DNA of 37,733 nucleotides from Escherichia coli (GTDB lineage Bacteria; Pseudomonadota; Gammaproteobacteria; Enterobacterales; Enterobacteriaceae): NCBI RefSeq assembly GCF_003334355.1, contig NZ_QOWP01000034.1; one strand, 5' to 3'. Shown piece by piece: positions 20,121 to 30,900 of this stretch (position 1 is its first letter; each line of letters starts with the position of its first letter). The notes under the pieces were generated by a model. It saw only the letters and a program-made list of their open reading frames with translations, ran no database searches and was not told where the DNA came from. The position numbers and the translations under genes were made by a program.

Positions 20121-23100
20121 TTACGCCTTCTCGATGTTGACTAAGAACGCTTTATATTCCGGCGTTTGCGAGTTTGCATCACCGACATTCGGCGTCAGAG
20201 TGTTAGCGATATAACCTTTACGCGCGACACCCTCAAAGCCCCAGTGGATTGGAATACCCACCGTTTCAACCTGCTGACCGTTTACATTCAGCGGTTTCAG
20301 ACGGCGCGTTACCACAGCCACCGCGCGGATAAAGCCACGCTTGCTTGAGACAGTGACACGATCGCCATTATTAATGCCTTTCGCCGCCGCCAGCGTTTCG
20401 CTGATTTCCACAAACTGTTCCGGCTGAGCAATTGCGTTGAGCAATGCGTGCTTGGTCCAGGTGTGGAAGTGCTCGGTCAGACGATAGGTCGTACCCACAT
20501 ACGGGAACTGCTCTTTTTTACCCATCCGCAGCGCGTCTTGTTCATACAGACGAACAACCGGGTTAGACACCACGTTCGGATGCAGCGGGTTAGTGCCCAG
20601 CGGCGTTTCAATCGGCTCGTAGTGTTCCGGGAACGGACCTTCCGCCATTTTGTTGATGGCAAACAGGCGTCCCATCCCTTCCGGCTGCATGATAAACGGC
20701 CCGGTTGGCGTACCCGGTGCGGCATTGCCGAAGTCAGGAATATCGTTACCCGTCCACTTGCTGCCGTTCCACTGGATCAGCATCCGTTTCGGATCCCACG
20801 GTTTACCGTTGATATCCGCCGATGCACGGTTGTACAGCACGCGACGGTTGAGCGGCCACGCCCAGGCCCATCCCAGCGTATTCCCCAGACCGGACGGGTC
20901 GGAGTTATCGCGGTTAGCCATCTGGTTGCCCTGCTCTGTCCAGCTACCGGTGTAGATCCAGCAAGAAGATGCGGTTGTACCGTCATCACGCAGATGCGCA
21001 AAGTTACTCAGCAACTGACCTTTCTTCGCAATCAGCACGCCATTTGCGTCATAGAGATCTTCCAGCGCATAGCCGTTGTTCTCTTTTGCCACTTCGTCAG
21101 ATTGCGGTTCGTGCGGCTGCTTGTAGTTCCAGCTCATCTTCATCAGCGGTTCTACGCCTTTACCACCTTCGGCCTGGTACAGCTCGCGCAGATGATGGTA
21201 GATACCCGCCAGAATTTCGCCGTCGTTACGCGCTTCGCCCGGCGCGTCCTGACCTTTCCAGTGCCACTGCAACCAGCGACCGGAGTTAGCGATAGAACCA
21301 TCTTCTTCGGCAAAGCAGGTCGAAGGCAGACGGAATACTTCAGTCTGAATAGACGCCGGATCGACATCGTTCGACTCGCCGTGGTTCTGCCAGAAGGTAG
21401 AGGTTTCAGTCACCAGCGGATCGATAACCACCATGTACTTCAGTTTGCTCAGGCAGCTCACCACTTTGTTTTTATCCGGGAAGGACGCAACCGGGTTAAA
21501 GCCCTGGCAGAAATAACCGGTGACTTTGCCTTCGTCCATCATGTTGAAATACTTGATGACGTCGTAGGTCTGGTCCCACTTCGGCAGCCAGTCATAGCCC
21601 CAGTTGTTCTCTTTCTGCGCGGCATCGCCATAGAAAGATTTCATCAGGCTAACGAAGAACTTCGGATAGTTGCTCCAGTAGTTCACCTGATCAGCCAGCG
21701 TCGCTTTAGGCGTGTTCGCTTCCAGATACGACTGCAAATCAACCTGTTTTTCTGACGGCAGCGTCAGATAACCTGGCAGGCTGGTAGAGAGCAGACCTAA
21801 GTCAGTCAGACCCTGAATGTTGGAGTGACCACGCAATGCGTTCACACCGCCACCGGCCATACCCATGTTACCGAGCAGCAACTGGATCATCGCCATAGTA
21901 CGGATGTTCTGCGCACCCACGGTGTGCTGCGTCCAGCCCAGCGCGTACAGGAAGGTGGTTGTGCGATCCGGTGCGCTGGTGGAGGCCAGCACTTCACACA
22001 CTTTCAGGAAGTCGGCTTTTGGCGTACCACAGATGTTTTCAACAACGTCCGGCGTGTAGCGGGAAACGTGCGCTTTCAGCAGGTTCCACACACAGCGCGG
22101 ATGAGTCAGTGTTTCATCGCGTTTCGCATAGCCGTTTTCATCGAACTGATAGTTCCAGGACGATTTATCGTATTGCCGTTTTTCAGCGTCGTAGCCGCTG
22201 AACAGACCGTCTTCGAAAGCAAAATCATCACGCACCAGCAAGCTGGCGTTGGTGTAATGCTTAACGTATTCGGCGTTGATTTTGTTGTTTTCGATCAGGT
22301 AGCGCAAAACGCCAGACAGGAACGTAATGTCCGTACCGGAACGAATAGGTGCGTAAATATCCGCTACAGAAGCGGTACGCGTAAAACGGGGATCGACAAC
22401 GATCAAGGTTGCATCGTTGTTGTTTTTCGCTTCCATCGCCCAGCGGAAACCGACGGGATGCGCTTCAGCAGCGTTACCGCCCATTACCATTACGACGTTA
22501 GCGTTTTTGATATCCACCCAGTGGTTGGTCATCGCACCGCGACCAAATGTTGGAGCAAGACTTGCTACCGTTGGTCCGTGTCAGACGCGCGCCTGGTTGT
22601 CTACCGCCAGCATCCCGAGGGAGCGGGCAAATTTCTGGGTCAGCATCCCGGTTTCGTTGCTGGCACCGGAAGCACACAGCATACCGGTAGAAAGCCAACG
22701 GTTTACCGTTACGCCCTGCTCGTTCTTTTCAATAAAGTTAGCGTCACGGTCAGCTTTCATCAGCTTCGCAATACGGGAGAATGCTTCTTCCCAGCTAATG
22801 CGCTGCCATTTGTCAGAACCTGGTGCACGATATTCCGGGTAGCGCAGACGGTTTTCGCTGTTGACGTAATCCAGCAAACCGGCCCCTTTCGGGCACAGCG
22901 CACCACGGCTTACCGGATGATCCGGATCACCTTCAATGTGATAAATCGCTTCTCTGGCGTTTTTCGCGCCATCACCCAGGCTATACATCAATAGCCCGCA
23001 ACCTACGGAACAGTATGTGCAGGTGTTACGGATCTCTTTAGCGCGTAATAATTTGTAGTTTCGCGCCTGAGCCAGTGCTTGCTTCGGGGCAAAGCCCAAT

Positions 23101-23168
23101 GCCGCTACTGTTGTTCCAGCCATACCGCCCGCGCAGATTTTAAAAAATTGTCTGCGACTGACGTCCAT
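20121..23168 (-). CDS. fdnG: Formate dehydrogenase-N alpha subunit (molybdopterin, selenocysteine-containing, Tat-exported)
   Basis: One reading frame of 1015 codons that the ORF track splits into 22581-23168 and 20121-22532. The in-frame TGA at 22581-22583 (minus strand) falls in a conserved context V-U-HGPTVASLAPTFGRGA and is read as Sec196. Twin-arginine signal RRQFFK at the N-terminus. Confidence 0.92.
22533..22580 (-). promoter_or_regulatory. Expected SECIS recoding element immediately 3' of the fdnG UGA codon
   Basis: Bacterial SECIS hairpins lie within the ~40 nt after the UGA. This segment contains a short inverted repeat (AGCAAG/CTTGCT on the plus strand, 22554-22566). The exact fold was not computed. 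Confidence 0.6.
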
Positions 23169-23232
23169 TGCTTTCCTCTTTTTTCAGGGGTATTACTGCG
23201 CGAGGAAACTAACAGTAAAATTCTGAATCTTT

Positions 23233-23246
23233 TTGCGCGAAATCAA
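23233..23246 (-). promoter_or_regulatory. FNR-like site (TTGCG-N4-ATCAA) in the fdnG promoter
   Basis: Partial match to TTGAT-N4-ATCAA, centred about 72 bp upstream of the fdnG ATG. Consistent with the known anaerobic FNR activation of fdnGHI. Confidence 0.5.
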
Positions 23247-23293
23247 AAAGAACACGTGTTTGCCACAAAATAATCCGCCTGCGCAAATTGACC

Positions 23294-23309
23294 TACCTCA
23301 ATAGCGGTA
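23294..23309 (-). promoter_or_regulatory. NarL 7-2-7 heptamer pair (TACCTCA-AT-AGCGGTA)
   Basis: Inverted pair of TACYYMT-type heptamers with 2-bp spacing, about 60 bp upstream of the FNR-like site. This matches the established fdnG nitrate-response architecture. Confidence 0.55.
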
Positions 23310-23399
23310 GAAAAACGCACCACTGCCTGACAGGCCAGTTAAAAAAATGCTATAAAATTCAGCTTAATTTTTAACGGCAAGAGAGACAAAACAGCGAGC

Positions 23400-24281
23400 A
23401 TGACACGACAAAAAGCAACGCTCATAGGGCTAATAGCGATCGTCCTGTGGAGCACGATGGTAGGATTGATTCGCGGTGTCAGTGAGGGGCTCGGCCCGGT
23501 CGGCGGCGCAGCTGCTATCTATTCATTAAGCGGGCTGCTGTTAATCTTCACGGTTGGATTTCCGCGTATTCGGCAGATTCCGAAAGGCTATTTACTCGCC
23601 GGGAGTCTGTTATTCGTCAGCTATGAAATCTGTCTGGCGCTTTCCTTAGGGTATGCGGCGACCCGTCATCAGGCGATTGAAGTGGGTATGGTGAACTATC
23701 TATGGCCCAGCCTGACAATTCTCTTTGCCATTCTGTTTAATGGTCAGAAAACCAACTGGCTGATTGTACCAGGATTATTATTAGCCCTGGTCGGCGTCTG
23801 CTGGGTGTTAGGCGGTGATAATGGGTTACATTATGATGAAATCATCAATAATATTACCACCAGCCCATTGAGTTATTTCCTGGCGTTTATTGGTGCGTTT
23901 ATCTGGGCAGCCTATTGCACAGTAACGAATAAATACGCACGCGGATTTAACGGAATTACCGTTTTTGTCCTGCTAACGGGAGCAAGTCTGTGGGTTTACT
24001 ATTTTCTTACGCAACAACCAGAAATGGTATTTAGCACGCCCGTCATGATTAAACTCATCTCTGCGGCATTTACCTTAGGATTTGCTTATGCTGCATGGAA
24101 TGTCGGTATATTGCATGGCAATGTCACCATAATGGCGGTAGGCTCGTATTTTACGCCCGTACTTTCCTCAGCGCTTGCAGCCGTGCTGCTCAGCGCCCCG
24201 CTGTCGTTCTCATTCTGGCAAGGCGCGCTAATGGTCTGCGGCGGTTCCCTGCTCTGCTGGCTGGCGACACGTCGTGGTTAA
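23400..24281 (+). CDS. yddG: DMT/EamA-family exporter (aromatic amino acid exporter)
   Basis: 293-aa hydrophobic ORF with about 10 transmembrane segments. Recognised as YddG. Divergent from fdnG. Confidence 0.9.
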   Translation: MTRQKATLIGLIAIVLWSTMVGLIRGVSEGLGPVGGAAAIYSLSGLLLIFTVGFPRIRQIPKGYLLAGSLLFVSYEICLALSLGYAATRHQAIEVGMVNYLWPSLTILFAILFNGQKTNWLIVPGLLLALVGVCWVLGGDNGLHYDEIINNITTSPLSYFLAFIGAFIWAAYCTVTNKYARGFNGITVFVLLTGASLWVYYFLTQQPEMVFSTPVMIKLISAAFTLGFAYAAWNVGILHGNVTIMAVGSYFTPVLSSALAAVLLSAPLSFSFWQGALMVCGGSLLCWLATRRG

Positions 24282-24539
24282 AATAATTGCCGGGTCTACG
24301 GCCCGGCAGTTAATCAGATAAATTCCGACAATATTAAAAAATAAATTTCAAATACCAGTAATTCACCTTATATCTCATTTCGACTTCGATCACATATCGA
24401 CAAATAATATTATTTCATCTATTTTTCTCATTATTTTTAATCACCATTCTATTTTAAAAACAGTATGTCACTTATAAATGACGCCGTTTAAAATTCGTTT
24501 AGAAAATACGTTTAACGATAATTAAAAGGATTCTGTTAA

Positions 24540-24829
24540 ATGAAATTAAAATAGTTGCGGTGGTTGTAACTGGTTTGTTAGCTGCGAACGTAGCACACGC
24601 TGCCGAAGTCTATAACAAGGATGGTAATAAACTCGACCTTTATGGCAAGGTTACCGCTCTACGTTATTTTACTGATGATAAGCGTGACGATGGTGATAAA
24701 ACTTATGCCCGTCTCGGCTTTAAAGGAGAAACGCAAATCAATGATCAAATGATTGGTTTTGGTCACTGGGAATATGATTTTAAAGGCTATAACGATGAAG
24801 CCAACGGCTCGCGCGGCAACAATCTCTGA
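24540..24829 (+). pseudogene. yddL: Porin (OmpC/NmpC family) N-terminal fragment, disrupted in the signal peptide and truncated
   Basis: ATG AAA TTA AAA TAG at 24540-24554 gives MKLK-stop. In the -1 frame from 24560 the sequence continues as the remainder of a porin signal peptide and the mature N-terminus [17 protein letters not shown]...[15 protein letters not shown], then stops after about 89 codons. No beta-barrel body follows. Confidence 0.8.
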
Positions 24830-24888
24830 TTGAGTTAAGTGCCCATCACAATATGATCACTGACCTTATATTACACAATCATCCCAGG

Positions 24889-26184
24889 ATGAAAACAATC
24901 ACTTTAAACGACAACCATATTGCACATTTAAACGCCAAAAACACTACAAAACTGGAATATTTAAACTTAAGCAATAACAATTTACTGCCAACCAATGACA
25001 TTGATCAACTAATATCATCAAAACATCTTTGGCATGTATTAGTTAACGGCATCAACAATGATCCACTTGCACAAATGCAGTACTGGACTGCAGTAAGAAA
25101 TATAATTGATGACACTAATGAAGTGACCATTGATTTATCAGGACTTAATTTAACCACTCAACCACCAGGGCTGCAAAACTTCACCTCTATCAATCTTGAT
25201 AATAACCAACTCACACATTTTGATGCAACCAACTACGATAGACTCGTAAAGCTAAGTCTGAATAGTAATACTCTTGAGTCAATAAAATTTCCTCAAGGCA
25301 GAAATGTAAGTATTACACATATATCTATGAATAATAATGCTCTCAGAAATATTGATATAGATAGGCTTTCATCAGTTACTTATTTTAGTGCGGCACATAA
25401 TCAACTAGAGTTTGTGCAATTAGAATCTTGCGAATGGCTGCAATACCTGAATCTCAGCCATAATCAATTAACTGATGTTGTTGCAGGTAATAAAAATGAA
25501 CTCTTACTGCTGGATCTATCCCATAATAAACTAACAAGTTTACACAATGACTTATTTCCCAACTTGAATACGTTACTTATTAACAACAATTTGCTTTCTG
25601 AAATTAAAATATTCTATAGCAACTTCTGCAATGTTCAGACATTAAACGCTGCTAACAACCAGTTGAAATATATAAATCTTGATTTCCTGACTTATCTTCC
25701 ATCTATCAAAAGTTTAAGACTGGACAATAATAAAATAACCCACATTGATACTAATAATACATCCGATATTGGAACTTTATTCCCCATAATAAAACAGAGC
25801 AAAAACTTAAATTTTTTAAATGTTTCTGGGAAGAACAATTGCCCTACTATGCAGCTCATGTTATTTAATTTGTTTTCCCCAGCACTTAAGCTTAATACTG
25901 GCCTGGCAATTCTTTCGCCTGGTGCATTTGAAGTTCACTCTGACGGAATAGATGTGGATAACGAATTGTTTCACTATCCTATTAATAAAGCATATACCCC
26001 ATATAATATACACACTTACAAGACAGAGGAAGTTGTAAACCAGAGGAATATAAAAGTTAAAAACATGACCTTAGATGAAATAAACAATACTTACTGTAAT
26101 AACGATTATTACAATCAGGCAATAAGAGAGGAACCGATAGACCTTCTGGACAGATCGTTTTCCTCCAGTTCATGGCCTTTTTAG
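24889..26184 (+). CDS. yddK: Leucine-rich-repeat protein (bacterial LRR, YopM/IpaH-LRR-like repeats) with a non-LRR C-terminal tail
   Basis: Uninterrupted frame, with the ORF-track start at 24853. I prefer ATG 24889 (MKTITLNDNH...) because CAGGA lies 5-9 nt upstream. At least 10 tandem repeats of about 20-22 aa with the LxxLxLxxNxL pattern (e.g. LEYLNLSNNNL, LQYLNLSHNQL, LLLLDLSHNKL). GC content is visibly lower than in flanking genes. The last 111 codons (from Met at 25849) have exactly the length I recall for K-12 yddJ. Confidence 0.65.
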   Translation: MKTITLNDNHIAHLNAKNTTKLEYLNLSNNNLLPTNDIDQLISSKHLWHVLVNGINNDPLAQMQYWTAVRNIIDDTNEVTIDLSGLNLTTQPPGLQNFTSINLDNNQLTHFDATNYDRLVKLSLNSNTLESIKFPQGRNVSITHISMNNNALRNIDIDRLSSVTYFSAAHNQLEFVQLESCEWLQYLNLSHNQLTDVVAGNKNELLLLDLSHNKLTSLHNDLFPNLNTLLINNNLLSEIKIFYSNFCNVQTLNAANNQLKYINLDFLTYLPSIKSLRLDNNKITHIDTNNTSDIGTLFPIIKQSKNLNFLNVSGKNNCPTMQLMLFNLFSPALKLNTGLAILSPGAFEVHSDGIDVDNELFHYPINKAYTPYNIHTYKTEEVVNQRNIKVKNMTLDEINNTYCNNDYYNQAIREEPIDLLDRSFSSSSWPF

Positions 26185-26508
26185 TGAATAAATCATCACT
26201 AATTCTATAAGTGTCTGGTCTTGTTGATAATATAGTTAATATGTAACCCTTTAGATTCACGATCTGAAGGGTTGAAACATGACATACGTTCAAAGATTAA
26301 CCCTCGTTTGAAGGTTAGCTTGTTAGTTACATTTAGTAACACATATCTGGCTACTTAATCCCCATTCTGCCCCCGCGGTTACGCTTTCTTATCTATTCTT
26401 TCAATCAGCACTTCACCCAATTCATCCTTAATTCTAATAACTGGCTATTGCGCCTTACCTCGTGTTTTGTCTTTTTTTCATTACCAATGTGTGCATGTGA
26501 GGAACAAT

Positions 26509-27897
26509 ATGGCACTGCAAAATGAGAAAAATAGTCGTTATCTTTTGCGCGACTGGAAACCAGAAAATCCGGCCTTCTGGGAAAATAAAGGAAAACATAT
26601 TGCTCGAAGAAATCTCTGGATATCAGTCAGTTGTCTACTTCTTGCCTTCTGTGTCTGGATGCTATTTAGCGCAGTTACCGTTAATCTCAATAAAATCGGT
26701 TTTAATTTTACTACCGATCAACTCTTTTTATTAACCGCATTACCCTCCGTTTCTGGCGCATTATTGCGTGTTCCCTACTCCTTTATGGTGCCTATATTCG
26801 GTGGACGCCGATGGACGGTTTTTAGTACTGCAATCCTGATTATTCCTTGCGTCTGGCTCGGAATTGCCGTGCAAAATCCGAATACTCCTTTTGGGATATT
26901 TATCGTTATCGCTTTGCTATGCGGTTTTGCAGGTGCAAACTTTGCTTCGAGCATGGGCAATATCAGTTTCTTCTTTCCAAAAGCCAAACAAGGGAGCGCT
27001 CTTGGGATTAATGGCGGATTAGGAAACTTAGGTGTAAGTGTAATGCAGCTGGTTGCACCGCTGGTCATTTTTGTACCTGTATTTGCCTTTCTCGGCGTCA
27101 ATGGCGTACCGCAGGCCGACGGTTCGGTGATGTCGCTGGCGAATGCCGCATGGATTTGGGTACCGCTACTGGCGATTGCCACGATCGCCGCATGGTCAGG
27201 GATGAATGATATCGCCAGTTCACGCGCCTCAATTGCCGACCAGCTCCCTGTCTTACAACGCCTGCATCTCTGGCTGCTGAGCCTGCTTTACCTTGCCACC
27301 TTCGGTTCGTTTATCGGTTTTTCTGCGGGTTTTGCCATGCTGGCAAAAACCCAGTTCCCGGATGTGAATATTCTGCGCCTGGCGTTCTTTGGCCCATTTA
27401 TCGGTGCCATCGCGCGGTCGGTTGGTGGTGCTATTTCCGATAAGTTCGGCGGCGTGCGGGTGACGTTGATCAACTTTATTTTTATGGCGATTTTCAGTGC
27501 CCTGCTGTTCCTTACCTTACCGGGCACAGGCTCCGGTAATTTCATCGCCTTTTACGCCGTATTTATGGGGCTGTTTCTGACTGCGGGTCTGGGAAGTGGT
27601 TCTACTTTCCAGATGATCGCCGTCATCTTTCGCCAGATAACCATTTATCGGGTAAAGATGAAAGGCGGTAGTGATGAGCAAGCTCAGAAAGAAGCCGTCA
27701 CCGAAACGGCGGCGGCTCTGGGCTTTATCTCAGCCATTGGCGCAGTGGGCGGCTTTTTTATTCCGCAGGCGTTTGGCATGTCGCTCAATATGACCGGCTC
27801 TCCGGTCGGCGCGATGAAAGTGTTTTTAATCTTCTACATCGTTTGTGTGCTGCTGACCTGGCTGGTTTATGGTCGGCGGAAGTTCAGCCAAAAATAA
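26509..27897 (+). CDS. narU: Nitrate/nitrite transporter (MFS, NarK paralog)
   Basis: 462 aa from ATG 26509 (MALQNEKNSRYLLRDWKPENPAFW...), 12-TM MFS protein. Sits directly upstream of narZYWV. Confidence 0.92.
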   Translation: MALQNEKNSRYLLRDWKPENPAFWENKGKHIARRNLWISVSCLLLAFCVWMLFSAVTVNLNKIGFNFTTDQLFLLTALPSVSGALLRVPYSFMVPIFGGRRWTVFSTAILIIPCVWLGIAVQNPNTPFGIFIVIALLCGFAGANFASSMGNISFFFPKAKQGSALGINGGLGNLGVSVMQLVAPLVIFVPVFAFLGVNGVPQADGSVMSLANAAWIWVPLLAIATIAAWSGMNDIASSRASIADQLPVLQRLHLWLLSLLYLATFGSFIGFSAGFAMLAKTQFPDVNILRLAFFGPFIGAIARSVGGAISDKFGGVRVTLINFIFMAIFSALLFLTLPGTGSGNFIAFYAVFMGLFLTAGLGSGSTFQMIAVIFRQITIYRVKMKGGSDEQAQKEAVTETAAALGFISAIGAVGGFFIPQAFGMSLNMTGSPVGAMKVFLIFYIVCVLLTWLVYGRRKFSQK

Positions 27898-27978
27898 GAG
27901 ATCGATGCCTGATGTACAACCGTGTCGCATCCGACAAGGCATCAGATCCCAATTCATTCCTGGAGCAGGAGTCATGTC

Positions 27979-30900
27979 ATGAGTAAACTTTTGGATCGCT
28001 TTCGCTACTTCAAACAAAAGGGCGAAACCTTTGCCGATGGTCACGGACAGGTGATGCATAGCAACCGCGACTGGGAGGACAGCTATCGCCAGCGTTGGCA
28101 GTTCGACAAAATCGTGCGTTCCACCCACGGTGTTAACTGTACAGGCTCCTGTAGCTGGAAAATCTACGTTAAAAATGGTCTGGTGACCTGGGAAATCCAA
28201 CAGACCGACTACCCGCGCACTCGCCCTGACCTGCCCAATCATGAACCTCGCGGCTGCCCGCGTGGCGCAAGTTACTCCTGGTATCTTTACAGCGCTAACC
28301 GCCTGAAATACCCGCTCATTCGTAAACGACTGATTGAACTGTGGCGCGAAGCCCTCAAGCAACACAGCGATCCGGTACTGGCGTGGGCATCGATTATGAA
28401 CGATCCGCAAAAGTGCCTGAGCTACAAACAAGTGCGTGGGCGCGGCGGGTTTATCCGCTCCAACTGGCAGGAACTAAACCAGCTGATTGCCGCCGCTAAC
28501 GTCTGGACCATCAAAACCTACGGCCCGGATCGCGTTGCCGGTTTCTCGCCGATCCCGGCGATGTCGATGGTTTCTTACGCCGCCGGAACGCGTTATCTGT
28601 CGCTGCTTGGCGGCACCTGTTTAAGTTTCTACGACTGGTATTGCGACCTGCCGCCCGCCTCGCCGATGACCTGGGGCGAGCAAACCGACGTACCGGAATC
28701 TGCCGACTGGTATAACTCCAGCTACATCATCGCCTGGGGGTCTAACGTACCGCAGACACGTACGCCGGACGCCCACTTCTTTACCGAAGTACGCTACAAA
28801 GGCACTAAAACCATCGCCATTACCCCTGACTACTCTGAAGTGGCCAAATTGTGCGACCAGTGGCTGGCACCGAAACAAGGCACTGATAGCGCCCTGGCGA
28901 TGGCAATGGGCCATGTGATTTTAAAAGAGTTTCATCTCGATAATCCCAGCGACTACTTTATCAACTACTGCCGCCGCTACAGCGACATGCCGATGCTGGT
29001 AATGCTGGAGCCTCGCGACGATGGTAGCTACGTTCCCGGGCGCATGATCCGCGCATCTGACCTGGTGGATGGACTGGGCGAAAGCAACAATCCGCAGTGG
29101 AAAACCGTAGCAGTTAATACCGCAGGTGAATTGGTAGTGCCGAACGGTTCGATTGGTTTCCGCTGGGGAGAAAAAGGCAAATGGAATCTGGAATCCATTG
29201 CCGCCGGTACGGAAACCGAATTGTCGTTAACCCTGCTCGGTCAACATGACGCTGTTGCAGGCGTGGCCTTCCCCTACTTTGGCGGCATTGAAAATCCGCA
29301 TTTTCGCAGCGTAAAACACAATCCGGTGCTGGTGCGCCAATTGCCCGTTAAAAACCTGACGTTAGTCGATGGCAACACCTGTCCGGTGGTCAGCGTTTAT
29401 GATTTGGTACTGGCGAATTACGGCCTCGATCGCGGGCTGGAAGATGAAAACAGTGCGAAAGATTACGCTGAAATCAAACCGTACACCCCAGCCTGGGGTG
29501 AGCAAATTACCGGCGTGCCGCGCCAGTATATTGAAACCATCGCTCGTGAATTTGCCGATACTGCCCATAAAACGCATGGGTGCTCAATGATTATCCTCGG
29601 TGCTGGCGTCAACCACTGGTATCACATGGATATGAACTACCGTGGGATGATCAATATGCTGATCTTCTGCGGTTGTGTCGGGCAAAGCGGCGGCGGCTGG
29701 GCGCATTATGTCGGTCAGGAAAAACTGCGCCCACAAACCGGCTGGTTGCCGCTGGCCTTTGCGCTCGACTGGAACCGCCCACCGCGCCAGATGAACAGTA
29801 CCTCGTTTTTCTACAATCATTCCAGCCAATGGCGCTATGAAAAAGTCTCTGCGCAGGAGTTACTTTCACCGCTCGCCGATGCCAGTAAGTACAGCGGTCA
29901 TCTGATTGATTTCAACGTTCGCGCCGAACGTATGGGCTGGCTACCTTCTGCGCCGCAGCTGGGGCGTAACCCGCTCGGGATTAAAGCTGAAGCCGACAAG
30001 GCCGGATTATCCCCCACAGAATTTACCGCCCAGGCGCTGAAATCGGGCGAGTTGCGTATGGCCTGCGAACAACCAGATAGCGGCAGCAATCATCCGCGTA
30101 ATTTGTTTGTCTGGCGTTCTAACCTGCTTGGCTCCTCCGGCAAAGGCCACGAGTATATGCAGAAGTATCTGCTGGGGACCGAAAGCGGGATTCAGGGCAA
30201 GGAACTCGGTGCCAGCGACGGGATCAAACCGGAAGAAGTCGAGTGGCAAACTGCGGCGATTGAAGGCAAGCTCGACCTGCTGGTGACGCTCGACTTCCGC
30301 ATGTCCAGTACCTGCCTGTTCTCCGATATCGTTCTGCCCACCGCCACCTGGTATGAAAAAGACGATATGAACACCTCGGATATGCATCCGTTTATTCATC
30401 CGCTTTCTGCGGCGGTCGATCCGGCCTGGGAGTCACGCAGCGACTGGGAAATCTACAAAGGTATTGCCAAAGCATTTTCGCAAGTGTGCGTGGGTCATCT
30501 TGGCAAAGAAACCGATGTGGTATTACAACCACTGCTGCACGACTCTCCGGCAGAGCTCTCACAGCCGTGTGAAGTGCTCGACTGGCGCAAAGGCGAATGC
30601 GATCTGATTCCAGGTAAAACCGCGCCGAATATTGTGGCGGTGGAGCGCGACTACCCTGCTACGTATGAACGCTTTACCTCGCTCGGGCCATTGATGGACA
30701 AACTTGGCAACGGCGGTAAAGGGATTTCGTGGAATACGCAGGATGAAATCGATTTCCTCGGTAAACTCAATTACACCAAGCGTGATGGCCCAGCGCAGGG
30801 GCGTCCGCTGATTGACACCGCCATTGACGCTTCAGAAGTGATTCTGGCACTGGCACCAGAAACCAACGGTCATGTTGCAGTTAAAGCGTGGCAGGCGCTG

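Noticed and set aside
20448-22994. Two long + strand ORFs (435 aa at 20448-21755 and 389 aa at 21825-22994)
   Set aside because: They lie entirely antisense to fdnG, have an Arg/Pro/His-rich low-complexity composition and no recognisable motifs. They are typical shadow ORFs opposite a highly expressed coding gene.
24282-24308. GC-rich hairpin (TGCCGGG...CCCGGCA) after yddG as a terminator
   Set aside because: No T-tract follows and alternative pairings exist. Left unannotated.
27898-27945. Imperfect inverted repeat between narU and narZ resembling a REP element
   Set aside because: The stem is imperfect and the sequence only loosely resembles the REP units at 18402 and 35612. It cannot be called a REP without alignment to a REP consensus.
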